In this document: positions 32,754 to 55,516 of the stretch, piece by piece
Position numbering within the stretch: the first letter of the stretch is position 1
Layout: each line of letters opens with the position of its first letter
From: the human T2T-CHM13v2.0 reference genome, Homo sapiens
Assembly (NCBI RefSeq): GCF_009914755.1
Contig: NC_060927.1
Strand: one strand, 5' to 3'
Length of the DNA: 64,000 nucleotides
The notes under the pieces: generated by a model
Databases searched by the model: none
The model's input: the letters and a program-made list of their open reading frames with translations, nothing else
Told to the model about the DNA's origin: nothing
Translations under genes and position numbers: made by a program

Positions 32754-33212
32754 GTAATTTTATAATTATATTCAAAGGAAATTCTTTGAATCTTTTTATT
32801 CTTTTATTGGAAATAACATTTAAATGTGGGAATACATTCCCTGAGACCAAACAGTGTCTGCCAGCAATGGTAATAAATATCAGTCCTACTCTTCAAAGAA
32901 AGGATATGTTCCCCAGTATTTTTCAAGCATGTCTTTTTTCCCCTCTTGAATAAATTTTTGTTGATTCTTTCATTTCATCAAAATATCTAGAAAGTACAGG
33001 TACCACTCAGAAATTTTACTTTTGAATTTTGGCATGTAGTCCATCATTTGTGCAAGGCCAAAAGATAAATTTCAAGTGAGTCATTACTACGAGTGCATTG
33101 TGGCAGAAAACATCCTGGCCAAAGGCAGACATGGGTTCGCATTGCAATGCACTTGCTTGATAGGTACAGAAGATCCCTCAACCTCTCTAGGTCTTATTTG
33201 TCTCAACTGTAA

Positions 33213-33557
<345 letters not shown>

Positions 33558-33769
33558 TGGGTTTAGTTACTTCTAAGACCACTTCTAGCTCTACGATCTT
33601 ATTCTATCCTCAAAAACATTTTATTACTTCGTGTAGACTTCATTAAATTTGACTTTGCTTTATCATTTTATGTTCTCTATTAATTACCAAGATTTTATAT
33701 ACTATGTCTCTGTGCCCAGTGGAAGCTAAAGATCTAGGAACATAGCATGAGTATGGGAATATGCTAACA

Positions 33770-34010
33770 CTCATAATAATGTTTCTATTCTTTGGGCATT
33801 TACCACATGTCAGTCATTGACTTAGGCATTTGCTCTATCACATTTAATCTTCATGACAACCTTATATAATAAATATTAATATCCCCATTTTACAAACTAT
33901 GAAATTGGGACTTGTATATGTTAGTAACTTGACAGAAAGTGCTATTGGTGAATTTCAACCCTAGATCTACCAGCTCCTGAGCCTGTGCTTTTAACCATTA
34001 TGTTACAGCT
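33770..34010 (-). mobile_element. MIR SINE
   Basis: catttaatcttcatgacaacc..ccccattttacaaa..gaaa. Confidence 0.75.
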
Positions 34011-35110
34011 GGATTTCTGGCTGGGTCTCTCTCCGAGGGTTGGAGTGAACCCAGTAGAAGCAGGTAACACCCAGGAAGGAGTGTTGAGTGAAGTCATCTG
34101 GGATGTTTACCCACAAAATGCAGACTTGAGAGGTGAGCAAGGAAGGGAGAACCAAGATTATGCTGGAGGGCTGTGCAAACTGTGGTTGTAAGGCTGTGGG
34201 AAGTATCACATCCACACAGGGTGAGGCAAGGATGGATATGGGAAGATGAGCAGTGACATTGGTAGCCTGGAGAATCTTAGCTTCTTAGTACTGGATCTTA
34301 GCAGAATTCTCTCCAAGTCTTCATCACTAAGATGAGGTATGACAGGATTATGTGAAAATTCTCCTTCAAACACTACCTAGTGATGGCATAAGAAAATAGA
34401 GTGAGAATATCTTTAAGATACTCTTGAAGAAACAGGTGGCAAGCAGTTTGTGCTAGAGCTTCTCCCAGTGACTCATGAAAGGCACAATAGAAAGGATTTC
34501 CAAGTTAGGCAAAGAAGGAAAGGAGAGCTGGAGAAGGTATACTAGGAAGAGATCTCATGTGCCTGAAAATTATAACTAGAAAGATACAATGGGTGCAATT
34601 GGTGCTAATGTTCTATAATGCCAGGCCATCTCATTTCACAGGGTGCAGACCTCAGAGATAACCATACCCACCATTTAGAAACTTTTCTACCTTAATAAAA
34701 TGGGATGTTGTCACATCAGAAGTACATGAATTGCTTTCACCAGACACAATTGGCTCTTATAAAGTCTTCTTGCTTAAAAGATTGACTCTAAACTTAATCT
34801 AACCTCCACATAATGATCGGTTTGCAGTATACACAGGAAATAGAGAAACAAGCTAAGTGACATGCAAATTAAGTACTCAGGCAAATCCTACATTCTATAG
34901 GACAAGTGATGCAGTTTCTCCAAAAATAAATTACCCAGTTTCTCCAGCAAATTAATGGCATGAAATAAGGGGAGATAGATTATAGAATAAAATACACTTA
35001 ATAAATGTTAATGTAAAAATCAATAGTTGGTGTAATAATACAACTTCTAGTAATTTCTCCTAAGTAAACAATTAGAGAAGAGAGTACAGATGTATGTAGG
35101 TAAGTGTTCA

Positions 35111-35440
<330 letters not shown>

Positions 35441-35879
35441 GAGAGATGCAGTTCTGAGACAGAAAAATAAATTAAGGTTGGGGGAAAGGAAAGCAAGTTA
35501 CAGGCAGTAGGTATGTATGTCATGTCATGGCATGGTGTGATGTGGTGTGGTATGGTAATCAGAAAACCTAGATTTTAACATGCTTGGGCAAATTAACCTC
35601 TATGAGACTCAGTTTCCTCAACTTAAAATGAGGATGATTAAAGTTCCTATCTGATAGGGATGTTATGCGATTAAATACAATAATATTAAGCACAAGGCCT
35701 GGCAGAGTAAACATTCAATATATCCTTCCAGAATATACACCAGACTTTCGAGAATGATCATCTCTATCTACAGAAGGAACTATGGTAAACTTTTTTACCC
35801 TTTCTGTTTTAAATTGCCTTTCATTGTCATTCAACTCTAACATTTTTGTCATTTTCATTATGAGTGTATGTGCATCCTT

Positions 35880-36420
35880 TTTTATGGTTAATAAACTTTA
35901 TTTTTTAGAGCAGTTTTGTGTTCATAGCAAAACTGAGCACAAAGTACAGAGTTCCTATATACCCCTGCCCCCTACACGCACAACCTTCCCTACTATCAAC
36001 AGTATATCCTTTTTAAACCATGAGTTTTTAGGTGTGATTTTAAATTTTCAAAGAAATAGGTACTTTTAACTGCTAATTTGATATTTAATTGCATAGTCAT
36101 CAAAGAAAATGGTTTGGATGATCTTGATTCTTTAATAACTTATATTTAAACATTTATTTTCCTTTATAACCTAATACATGGTAAATACTTGAAAAGAAAG
36201 CATATTTTCTGTATACTGGTTCTATATATTTTCTATATGATCTGTTGTTTTTTATATATACTTTTAAATATTGGATCACAATCATGTATTTGTCCATTTT
36301 CCTTGTAATTTGTCTTATAATTTTCTTAGATTTTCAAGGCTATGTAGTGGCCTTCTTAATCCTCAGTGACCTTTTTTTTTCTTTGCTTTATATTCTATTT
36401 TCTCATGCAAATAGTTTACA
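35880..36420 (-). mobile_element. Old L1MC/L1ME fragments
   Basis: aaactttattttttagagcagttttg..agcaaaactgagc..aaagtacagagttcc. Confidence 0.6.
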
Positions 36421-37141
36421 TGAGAAAAAGGCACCATGAGGGAAAGAGTAATAGGAGACATTGGGCAGACTTCAAGCAATATGAGTCAGAATAGTGTAGT
36501 GGTTACTAGCATGTTCTTTGAATGAAGACTGATCTACATTGAAGTCCAAGCTCCAAAGCTTGGTCTCAATTTACTCATCTGTAAAATGTAGATGATGATC
36601 ATTGTACCTACCCCAATACAAATCTACACTTTTGAGGTACCCTGGGGTATAGGTTGGGGCATTGCAGAATCCTGACAAATTTCCTGAAAGTTCTAACTGG
36701 GAAATAAATCCATTTTGACATTGAATAATACATGAGCTTGAGAGAGTTTACTTACTTGTGGTAATGAAAGGGAATTATTTTTAAAACTTTTCTAGCTAAA
36801 ATAAAATCTCCAGTTGGCATAGTGTAATTGGTCATTGTTCCTGAATCACTGCTTCATCACCCCAGTTTCCAGAGGCACTAAATGAGATGGAGATAAAGAA
36901 GAAATTCCCCAAATTCTTCATTTCATTACATGTTCCAAAGGCAGAAGGAAATCTCTCCTCAGTTATCATTTTGTGAGTAAATTTTGACTAAACCAAAGTA
37001 ATCTATTAAGTCACTCATAATATTCCTAATACCCCAAGAAACTATTAATCGCAAAATTATAACAGAAATTTACTCAATGCCTGTTCCTTTCACTTTCCTA
37101 TGTAAATTAAGACCCTCTGGCCATCTCTTTTTCCATGACAG

Positions 37142-37285
37142 TTCATAAAGCCAAGCCTAATCTTCTCCTGACAATACATCTAAAGAAGTGAGCTTCAAAG
37201 TCTAAGCGAAGAGCAAGAAGCTGAGATGAATTCTGTAAAGAAAAAATGCGCTCTGAAAATAACTTGTCCAGATTCCTCCTAGCAG
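37142..37285 (+). pseudogene. Channel exon relic, DIII S6 end and III-IV linker
   Basis: tttttccatgacag|, 144 bp, phase 0-0; FIKPSLIFS*QYI*RSELQSLSEEQEAEMNSVKKK vs Nav FIGVIIDNFNQQKKK..IFMTEEQKKYYNAMKK. Confidence 0.7.
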
Positions 37286-37648
37286 GTTAATTTAGGATCT
37301 GATACTAGTTTCTCATTGAAATTTTCAGAAAATGAGTGAAGCATTTGAAACAGAAAGTGCAATTGTACTCATGCACTTAATTTTCCAAGGTTCAACTATA
37401 CCAACTTTATTATACAAGGTTTGTACATTTCAAAACTTTAAAATATTTTTCCAGTTCAATGAAAGGGCTATTTTCAAGACCAAGAAATAGCAAAATTTTG
37501 TGATGACCTTTTGAAACAAGTAGACCTATCAGTTAAAAGGTCAATGATATCCTTTTACTTGCATTTCCATTTATAAAATTGGCAATTCTTCCTTAAACAA
37601 TTGTCAGTATAATTGACATAGTACATACATTTATTCTTTATCTACTAG

Positions 37649-37780
37649 TCATCCTCTGAGTGCTGAGGTGTAAAGGAGGAGGCTGTTATTTGGGATCTTG
37701 AGCTGAATTCATAGCATTGATCTTAATTCAGCCGAGTGATTAGAACCCAGTGTGGTACCTTTCTGTTTAGACTGAAGCAG
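37649..37780 (+). pseudogene. Channel exon relic, DIV pre-S1/S1
   Basis: Strong donor cag|gtaaga; RRRLLFGILS and EFIALILIQ in shifted frames. Confidence 0.5.
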
Positions 37781-38280
37781 GTAAGAAGGGTCAGTCACAA
37801 GGAATCAAATGATTCAAGAACTTCATTTGCAGTACCAAGGAGCATCCCAGCGCACTTATAGATTGAATAAATAAAAACTCCATCAACCATTTACATTGAA
37901 GAAAATTGTTTTTCCAAACTGTCTTCCATAAATGTTCACTTTTCAAAAGCATTTCATCTTATTAACCTAAGAACACGTGGTAGAGGAAAAGTTGAAGTCA
38001 TGCTTGACAGTAAGTGATATCTACCAATGCCTGGTATGGATTTTTCCCAGGATTTGTAGCTGATATACCATAGAGATATGGGTAAATTGTGTCACAAAAA
38101 AACTGCAGAATTGAACTAGAGGTCCCACAGCAGGACATACCATAATATTTTAGGGAAAAAAAATAGATTCCCAAGCAATCTCACTTCTAGAACCAACCCC
38201 TGACACTTCTCTGCTTTCTAGTGCGCTGAAGCATTTCTGAGGCACCAGTGTCTCAGCATGATACAGTTCATTCATACCAG

Positions 38281-38506
38281 CAAGCATGTGGATGGCTTCC
38301 ACTTAGGCTGTCAAATTTTTATTCTTGTTAAGAAACAAGGAATACAGGGATTCAGAGAACTTAAATTCTTTCTTACATGGTGAACTATATTTGGACAAAA
38401 GTCATTCTGGTTGGTCTACAGGTTGTCATTCTCCAAACTTACTCTTCATTCTCTTGCCTCTGTGTTTTGCAAGTTCTGAAGCCTCTATCTCATATTTCCT
38501 CACTTG
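38281..38506 (+). pseudogene. Channel exon relic, DIV S2-S4
   Basis: LVK..IQGFRELKFFLTW, NY/LD/KVILVG, then FSCLCVLQVLKPLSHISSL|gtaaac, which becomes LRVLRVLKPLSRI after CpG reversal. Confidence 0.78.
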
Positions 38507-38765
38507 GTAAACTCCCTCTCATCCCCACAATTAAAGCCAAAGGCTCACATCCTCTGAGAAGTTCTTCTTGACTCAAGGCCTTCCTTGTCTGCATCAAATA
38601 ACCTTAAAGACTCTTTAAAGTAATTATTGTCTTATTTATCTATTTTGTCCACTACAGTTGAGTACAGGTGCCATGTCTTTCCTACGTTGAGTGCCAGAGG
38701 CTAAGCTGGGGCTCAGAAAACATGTTGAATGAACACATGAATATATCCATACTAAAATTGCACTA

Positions 38766-39026
38766 GGCCAGGCACAGTGGCTCACACCTGTAATCCTAGC
38801 ACTTTGGGAGGCCAAGGCGGATGGATTGCCTGAGCTCAGGAGTTCAAGGTCAGCCTGGGAAACACAGTGAAACTCTGTCTCTACTAAAATGCAAAAACTT
38901 AGCTGGGCATGGTGGCATGCACCTATAGTCCCAGCTACTCGGGAGGCTGAGTCAGGAGAATCACCTGAACCTGGGAGGCGGAGGTTGTAGTGAGCCAAGA
39001 TGGTGCCATTGCGCTCCAGCAATTTT

Positions 39027-39053
<27 letters not shown>
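38766..39053 (+). mobile_element. AluS with replaced 3' end
   Basis: Perfect TSD aaaattgcacta at 38754-38765 and 39054-39065. Confidence 0.92.
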
Positions 39054-39057
<4 letters not shown>

Positions 39058-39394
39058 TTGCACTAGAAGTTTAGTCCATTAGAACAAAGACTATCTTGTT
39101 CATTATCAGAGTATATAGATTCTGATAATTCCCAGGCACATGCTCTTTAAATAAGGAAAGTAGAAAAGCAAACATCCTGGCATCTAGCAGTCACTTAATA
39201 AATGGTTCTTGAATAAATGAGCATTTTTAATGAAAGACTATATATCATATTAGGCAATTCCACTGAAAATTAAAATGGGAATTTCCTTTAAACAAAATAA
39301 TCTCTTCAACACCAAGAAAACCTCCATTCAAAAGTGTTCAGATTATGTTATTGAGGCCAAAAGAATTCACGGCACCAATAGAGATATAGCTTAG

Positions 39395-39852
<458 letters not shown>

Positions 39853-40265
39853 AACAATACAATATTTTCAAAAATTAATTTTGGGTTTTTCTTTTCCAGC
39901 TTCCTTCTATGTGACCACATTGTCTTCAGGAAAGTAGGATGGTTAAATTGAGAATAAAAGAGAATAAATGGTACATGTTTGGCTCTGTGACTCTGAAGCA
40001 TGCTTTTGAGAACCAAAGCACCATCTTGAGGGTCCCCAGAGATCATAACATAGAAATAGAAAGAGATTAGATGAAGGGCCAGGACCTCAGCTTCCCCTCA
40101 AGGAGAAGTGACAGATATAGAGAGAGAACAGCACTTGGAGTCAGGGATAGGGGAGAGGAGAACCTGACCTGGAGTCACTCCACTAAGAGGTTTGGTGGAG
40201 GTGAAGATGGTCAACATCAGAAGACCATGCAGAATTGTTGGAGTTCAGTAGCAGGATGGATGTGA

Positions 40266-40593
<328 letters not shown>

Positions 40594-40680
40594 TTAGGAT
40601 ATGACTCTTGATCAGGGATCCAAAGGATGTGTAGGAGCTATGTAGGAGCTTTCATGGGAAGCTGAGATAACTAATTATAG

Positions 40681-40971
40681 CTTGAAAGAGCACTACACAT
40701 AGCATGGGTGGAGGGGCTATTTTGCTATTCCTTCTATCAATAGGTGTTCTCATGCCATCTGTGGTTTTTTTCAGCCTAAGAACATTCACCTGTATCTCAA
40801 GACTTTTTTTTAACTCCACCTATACTGCCCCATATGAATATCCCCCATTTCTCAATTGTCCAGGATACCCTTAAGCCTCTTGCCAGTTCTTTAAATAGGG
40901 TGAATGAGAATTTTTGGCTTCCAGTGTGTCAAGAGGAACAGAGTGGTGTGGAAGAGAGAGGCACAGCACAG
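40681..40971 (+). pseudogene. Channel exon relic, DIV S5 and pore
   Basis: ttatag|...cag|gtactt; LERAL, GAILLFLLSI and HAICGFF vs NIGLLLFLVMFIYAIFGM; NIPHFSIVQDTLKPL..W. Confidence 0.6.
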
Positions 40972-41484
40972 GTACTTAGGAAACACTGGGCAGCGATCAA
41001 ACTACCTCCATTATATGTATTTTAAATGGAAGTTGAAGTTGTCTGCAAACTCTGTATAAATTAGCAGTGAGATTAAATTAGCAGAATATCACTTCAGAAT
41101 CTAATAAATCTGGTCAGACCATATCTAATGTTGAGATCTTTTCCCTGAATACCAAACATGAGGGGCACACATTCAGGAGAATACAGACAGGATGATCACA
41201 GGAGAGTAGTCTAAAGCAATGGGCACACACAGTCTAAAGAAGAAAAAACTTGGGTGAAGTCTTTCATGAGTTGTAGGGTAAGGGAGAACACTGGAGCTCG
41301 TTACTATACTCCCCTGAATAGTGGCTGCCACTAGTGGTCAGACCTATTCAAAAATGGAGTGTTCAAGATCAGTTAGTTGACCAGTTGGTTAAAATGGTGC
41401 TAAAGGACCTCTAAAGGGTGAGTGGGATGGGGTGACTTCTGACTCAAGGCATCTTTAATTCTATGAAATAAAGACAAAGGATTC

Positions 41485-41830
41485 ATTTTATCAGTTAACA
41501 AACATTTATTCAGCACTCGTTATGTGTCAGACACTCGTTATGTGTCCAGCACTCTTAAGTGCTGGAGATGTAATGGAACAAAATGAGACATGGCCTCTCT
41601 CATGCAGCTCACAGTCTAGAGGAGAGAAGGTAGACAAAATAATCACACAAGCAAATAAAATTTCAATGGTGGCAAGTGTTACAAAGGAGGAATGCACAGT
41701 GCTATGATAACTTTTATTTGGGGTATACCTGGGCAGGAATGTGAGGATGGCTCTTTAAGTATATGACTCTTTATCAGAGATCCAAAGGATGTGTGGGAGC
41801 TACCTAGGAGAAAAGGGAAGAGCGGTCAAG
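41485..41830 (-). mobile_element. L2 3' end
   Basis: aacaaacatttattcagcact..gagacatggcctctctcatgcagctcacagtcta. Confidence 0.7.
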
Positions 41831-42216
41831 ATCATTGAATAAAATACGCCTCATCAAAAAGCAATATGGTATAATCATTAAAAGATAGAGCTGAATTCCA
41901 TACCTTCCACATATGAGTTGTGTGTCCTTAGGTAAGTTATTTAAGCTCTCAGCACTTAAGAGTTCTTATCCGCAAAATTAGAAAAATATATATTTCACAG
42001 GGTTAAGATAAATGAAATAAGGGGTGCAAAATGATTAGCCCAAGCCAATGTGTAGTGTTTATTAAACTTTAGTGATAATCCATAAATGGACATGAAATGA
42101 CAATGACAAGTTATTTATTGAAGGTAGAACAAGAACATTTTAAACTACAAAACAGTCCATTCTTGGATCCTGAAAATCTCAGCATTAAGGCTGGGATTAT
42201 AAAATCATTAATAGTA

Positions 42217-42442
42217 GGTAGTGTGAACCATGGTCCACAAATCTGTTATGAACGAGATCCCATAATTTTTCATTTTTCTTTGAACCTAATTAAATATTAC
42301 TCTTGCCTAGATCAGGGAAATTTTCCCGTAGATCAAAGAATTGTTCTAGATCAAGGAATGCAATCTTAATGATTATTGGATTCCTTTGTCCCCCCTAATT
42401 TTCAGTTCATCAAAGTGGTGCCTGATAAATTCACTTTCCAAG
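42217..42442 (+). pseudogene. Channel exon relics, DIV S6 (42217-42288 and 42406-42442)
   Basis: GSVNHGPQICYERDPIIFHFSLNL then tttcag|FIKVVPDKFTFQ|gt vs ..II....LNL FIAVILDNF; first donor decayed. Confidence 0.7.
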
Positions 42443-43159
42443 GTAGCTTCACCCCTTTACAGCAGGCAACTCACCTGACCAAGGTTTCTGTCCCTTTTCT
42501 CATCTGAAGCACTCTCTTCTCTCTGGTATTTCTCCTCCTCTTCCTCCTTTTTCTTATCTTTCTCCCTCCCACTTCTTTCTCGCCTTCTATTCTTCCTCCC
42601 TCTCTTCAAAATATCTCTGTCTCTCCCTATATTCCAGAACACAAAGCCAGTGTCTTTGATGACCTAGGCTAGAACAGTGCCTGACACAAAGTGGGCCTGA
42701 GTCTTCCCAAAACTCCTGAGTCAGGAAACACAAAAAGGCTGGGTCCATTCTGGCAAAGGGGAGAGGGGAAAGCACAGAGAAGAAAGCACAAGACAAGAGT
42801 TCAACACAAAACCTACACACTCACTCCAAATGTAGGCAATTGTGATGAGACAAATGGGTCCTACATTCAAGATGAGTCTCCAGAAATGACTTGTTGGATC
42901 CTTTCCTCCAAGGCCAAGGAAGAGAGATGGTAAGATAAAAGGCTAAGTTGGAGGTCCCCCAGGAGAAGCCTAAATTGCTTAGATTTAGCATTTGAAGTGA
43001 GGACAGAGGTCAAGAAGATAAAATGAAGAGGGATGGACAGAAGAAAAGAGAGAGGATGAATTTTTTTTAAGTTGCATAGGTGAATTGAAATAGGCACGAA
43101 TGAAAGTTTCTCTCTCTTAAAAGCTTTAAACCAGGGGCAGATGTTTTTAAACCAATCCT

Positions 43160-43690
43160 TAGAATCACTCCATCAATGAGGACTTGACAGGCACCAATGG
43201 TCCACTCAAAGAATTTGGTTGAGAAAGGTTTTATGAAACCTTCACACATTTACAGAGGTATGGGCAGGGTTAAGGAAACCAATGTGAGATGGTGACGTAC
43301 GCAGGAACTAGCAAGCATGGAGAGCTGTCACCCTTAGGCCTAAAAGGCAATGAACCAAGTGACCTGAGTCTAAAGAGAACCTCAAGCCATGGAAGTAGGA
43401 CCACCTAACTGGAGCTGCAATCTTCCAACACAGCTAATGTAGCCAGTGCCCTAATCATGACAAGGAATTGGAGTGGGGAGGTGCACAGGGGGATGAATAC
43501 TCTTACATCTCTCTTCTCCCACTCCCTCCATTTTCTGCGAGTTCCTTCAACAGCTGAACCCAATTGGAAGCCAGAGAACAGGGAGCCTGGGTCATGTGAT
43601 CCTCAAAGGTCAGCCTTCTCAGGCATAGAGTAGGTTAAAGAAGAGCAAATAATGGATCAACATGGGGGAAGGGTGCTGGTAAGTGTAGTG
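43160..43690 (-). mobile_element. LTR33-like ERVL LTR
   Basis: atttacagaggtatgggcagggttaaggaaaccaa..gatggtga; ggaagccagagaacagggagcc. Confidence 0.6.
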
Positions 43691-43759
43691 TACTTACTGG
43701 TGATGAACATTTATGCCAGCCAAAGAGATTGGCTCATTCTTGAAACTTAAAAAGTATAC

Positions 43760-44047
43760 AAATGAAGAAAATATTAGTGGTTTCCAGGGATTGAAGAGGG
43801 GGTGGGGTTGGTGGGGAAGGGAATATGGCTATAAGAGTAACATGAGGGATTCTTGTGAGGATGAAAATATTCTGTATCTTGACTGTATCTCTATAAATAT
43901 CTTAGCTGTGATATTGTTCTAGTTTTGTAAGATATTTCCTTATGGGAAACTGGGTAAAAGTTATACAAAAGCTCTTGTATTATTCTTACAATAGCATGTG
44001 AATTATAATTATTTCAAAATAAAATATTTAATAAAAAAAGGAAAAAA
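43760..44047 (+). mobile_element. L1MC/MD 3' end
   Basis: catgagggattcttgtga..tattctgtatcttgactgt; A-rich tail. Confidence 0.7.
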
Positions 44048-44083
44048 AGGTTAGCTTAGGATCAGATGTTGGATATTTCTCAG

Positions 44084-44300
44084 TCTTATGTCATCAAAAG
44101 AAGTATAATTATTTGCTTCCCAAAAAAACTGAGTCTTCCATTTGATTTACACAGAAATCTGTAGCTCCTGTGATTCTTAGCAATAATCACTGAACGAATT
44201 GATTTCTGCTGAAAGTTTCTCACTCTTTGACTTGACCATATCTTTAGAATATTTGTTAGACTGCAAAATCCCAAACACACCCATGAATAGCCTTGGTCTG
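44084..44300 (+). pseudogene. Channel exon relic, C-terminal EF-hand-like region
   Basis: tttctcag|; HLIYTEICSSCDS..LISAESFSLFDLTISLEYLLDCKIPN vs Nav FYEIWEKFDP..LSDFADAL.PPL...PN. Confidence 0.6.
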
Positions 44301-44484
44301 TTAAGACACTGGAGGAAATGCATGATTGAGCACAGGGAAGCAGAGGGAACTAAGGAACAGATGTCTATTAGAAATAATCAAAGGAATAGAGCAGGGGAAG
44401 TGAAGGCAGTTTATTAAAATATTCATTCTCCATCTTGTTACAAGAAGATTTAATAGGGGTATTAAACATAGTACAATAAAAATT

Positions 44485-45350
44485 GCACACCTTGTAGAAT
44501 GGCTATTATCAAAAAGATGAGACATAAGTATTGGCAAAGATGTGGAGAAAAGGGAACCCTTGCACACTATTGGTGGGAATGTAAATTAGTAGTACAGTCA
44601 TTTTGGAAAATAATATGGAGATTCCTCCAAAAACTAAAAATAGTATTACCATATGATCCAGCAATCTCACTTCTGGGTATACATCCAAAAGAATGAAATC
44701 TGTACGTTGAAGAGATGTTCGCACTTCCATATTCACTGCAGTTCTATTCACAACAGCCAAGATATAGAACCAACCTAAGTGACCATCCACAGATGAATTG
44801 CTTTTTTTTTAATACGCTAGATATACCTAATGAAATAACATGCAGCCTTAAAAAAGAACAAAATTTTGTCATTTGAAACAACATAGTGGAATCCAGGGAA
44901 CATTCTGCTAAGTGAAATAAGCCAGGCACAGAAAAAACTGCATGATCTCTCTGGTACCAGAGGCTGGTTGGGGAGGGGAAGGCAGCAGGCAGAGCGAGGG
45001 GAAATGTTAGTCAAAGGGTACAAAGTTTCAGTTAGATGGAGGGACAAGTTCTGATGATCTATTGCACAAGGTAACTATAGTTAAAATAATGTAATGTATA
45101 TTTCAAAATTCCTAAAAGTGGATTTTAAATGTGCTTACCCCAAAGAAATGATAAGTATGTGAGGGGACAGACATGTTAATGAGTCTAATTTGTTTATTCC
45201 ACAAGGTATACATGTACTAAGACATCATATTTTGCCCCATAAATATGTAATTATTTGTCAATAAGAAACAAAAATTAAATTTAAAGAAATCAACTCAAAA
45301 TGGGTTAAAGTCTTAAATGTAAGATCTGAAACTATAAAACTAAAAGAAAA
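44485..45350 (+). mobile_element. L1MA 3' end
   Basis: ORF2 C-terminal remnant ([16 protein letters not shown]) and L1MA 3'UTR. Confidence 0.85.
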
Positions 45351-45763
45351 AAGCACAATGGAATTTTTTTTAAAATATGAATAAATCTGCTAAAGAGAAA
45401 AACAGGATAGTAACCATGAGACCCAGTCAGGAGTAGGGCTAGTACACAACATAAAAGCCTAAATAAAGCCATGTACAGTGTGAGAAGTCAGCCCTTCAGG
45501 TAGCCTCTGGCCCTACCTTTCTAACAGCCAATGCAAAAAGCAAGCGTGACCTATTACGTGATTATAAGATAAAACTTGACTTGAAAGAAATCTCTTTGTT
45601 GTGTCCCTATAGAGGTGACATTACAGTTTCCTCAACAACACCCTTAGGATTAATAACACTAGTTTCATTGTTCAGTAAAAACAGTTCTAACTGGGACCTA
45701 AATAATGCAGTTTAGGTGTCCAGTTTTCTGACTTTTATTAGGGGACATTTCGGAGTATGTTCA

Positions 45764-46041
<278 letters not shown>

Positions 46042-46531
46042 TCAAACTCAAATGCCTACCGAGTGCAAGAAGGTAAAACAATGAAGAGAAATGGATGTCT
46101 GTTAAAAACAAACACTAAAAAATACAATGATAAAATAGCATTTGACAAATGGTCTCCATTTGGGGGTTACAATAAGGTGTGGTAGGGACTATGTAACCTA
46201 GAGCCTATTGCTCATAACCAGCCTATTGTTATCAGAACTGAAATAGGGCCAGATGTTGCTAGGTCTCTTATTTTTCCTGTGTATTAGAGTTCTATTACAG
46301 AAAACAGAAACCACTCTAGCTATTTTAAGCATAAAGGGCAAAGGGCTTCAACACAGGGAATTAGGTGCTTACTATGTGTTGAGGCCAGGCCTCCAGGACT
46401 TGCTGACAGGGAACAATGAAGAATCGGCTCTGAAGGAAGCTGCCAACTCTGCCTGAGTCAGAGGACCGGAAATCAGTAAGCTTCCCCCTGAACCGTTTGC
46501 TCTGGGAACGACCTAGGGATTAGGAAGATAT

Positions 46532-46533
<2 letters not shown>

Positions 46534-46560
<27 letters not shown>
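46534..46560. repeat. (CTG)9 trinucleotide repeat
   Basis: Pure run within old LTR-like sequence. Confidence 0.95.
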
Positions 46561-46562
<2 letters not shown>

Positions 46563-47023
46563 TCCAGAGCCATGCTTCACCCATCCAGGGTCACACTAAC
46601 AACAAAAATAACAACAGCTTAAAGATGCTGCTGACACCACACACCTTTTGACCCTTACAAAGCTGGTGGCAGGAACGCTGCTACAAAAAACCCCAAGGCA
46701 GGCTTGATCTGATCATGCCTACCACCAGCAGCAGCCAGGACTGCTGCCTTTTAAATCTCACTTGAATGCATCTCGTTGGTCAAAGTTAAAGCTAAATCAC
46801 ATCTGACTGCCCAGCTTAGAAATGTCCCTTTCAGCTATCCAGCCTCTGGGGGTGGGGAGTGACAATATGTAGAATGTATGCAAAGTAAAAATCCATTTTA
46901 TTCACCATATTGTATTTTTACGCAAAGATCATCTGAGCTTTTTAATGCTGGCAATTAATTCAATTTTTAAAAAATTAATGGATGGGCAGGCCAATAAAGT
47001 TGATGTCAAGAAAATGCATCTGT

Positions 47024-47958
<935 letters not shown>

Positions 47959-48436
47959 TCACTTCAGTGCATGGAGGAAGATATGAAGCCCCAACCCCTC
48001 ACTCCAGTTCATATATGAATAACAGTGTCTATAGTGTGCTATATTCAAAGCACTTACAAAGGTATTTATTATTACAAAGGTAGTAAATTATTGATAAAAT
48101 ATTTCAACAATACATAAATGCATATAGTAAAATTTAGTTTATCTTCTTTTACTACCCAATGCCACTCCCCACATGTAATAACCAGGAATAACATGAAATA
48201 AGTCAGACTTCTCTGTGTTGGAAGTTGAATCTGCTAGAAGCATCCTTTGATTCAGGGGGTCTATACAGAGAAAGCTAGAGCCAAGATTTTGGACTAATAA
48301 GAGAACCTAGCCAATACATATGGTGGGGGTTTAATTTGGCTGGTGAGTTTAGTGACTGAGGAATAGGTGGCCTCTCCAAAATGGATAGCTCATATTCAGC
48401 TGGGAACAAAGGGAATTTCTTATAACATATTTTACA

Positions 48437-48513
48437 GCAAAGCAAACAAATACAATGTTCTGTATCGAGGTGTTTTACAAGCTTCGTGGTAATCTCAGAC
48501 TTTGTGGTTAATG
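48437..48513 (+). pseudogene. Candidate channel exon relic, second EF-hand half
   Basis: tttacag|; MFCIEVFYKL vs Nav IHCLDILFAF. Confidence 0.3.
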
Positions 48514-48536
48514 GTCACATTTATTGTTAATATTTA

Positions 48537-55000
<6,464 letters not shown>

Positions 55001-55123
55001 AAAATTGAATAACTTAGAGAACATCTTGCCCTTCTCAGTAAATATTAGAAGGAGCTATAATTTATTATATTCTAAACACTATAGCAAAAAATTTAAATTT
55101 AAATAAGACCTTCGTTCCCCTAG

Positions 55124-55473
<350 letters not shown>

Positions 55474-55516
55474 TATTTAGCTCCTGTTTTCAGCAGAAAG
55501 TAAACATTCTTTATCT

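Noticed and set aside
34260-34336. Possible DIII pore exon (SLQVFITK, donor ag|gtatga), and AEGNLSSVII at about 36941-36972
   Set aside because: Position fits but similarity is too weak to list as features
46534-46560. (CTG)9 as a disease-type repeat
   Set aside because: Short, inside old repeat sequence and in no identifiable transcript
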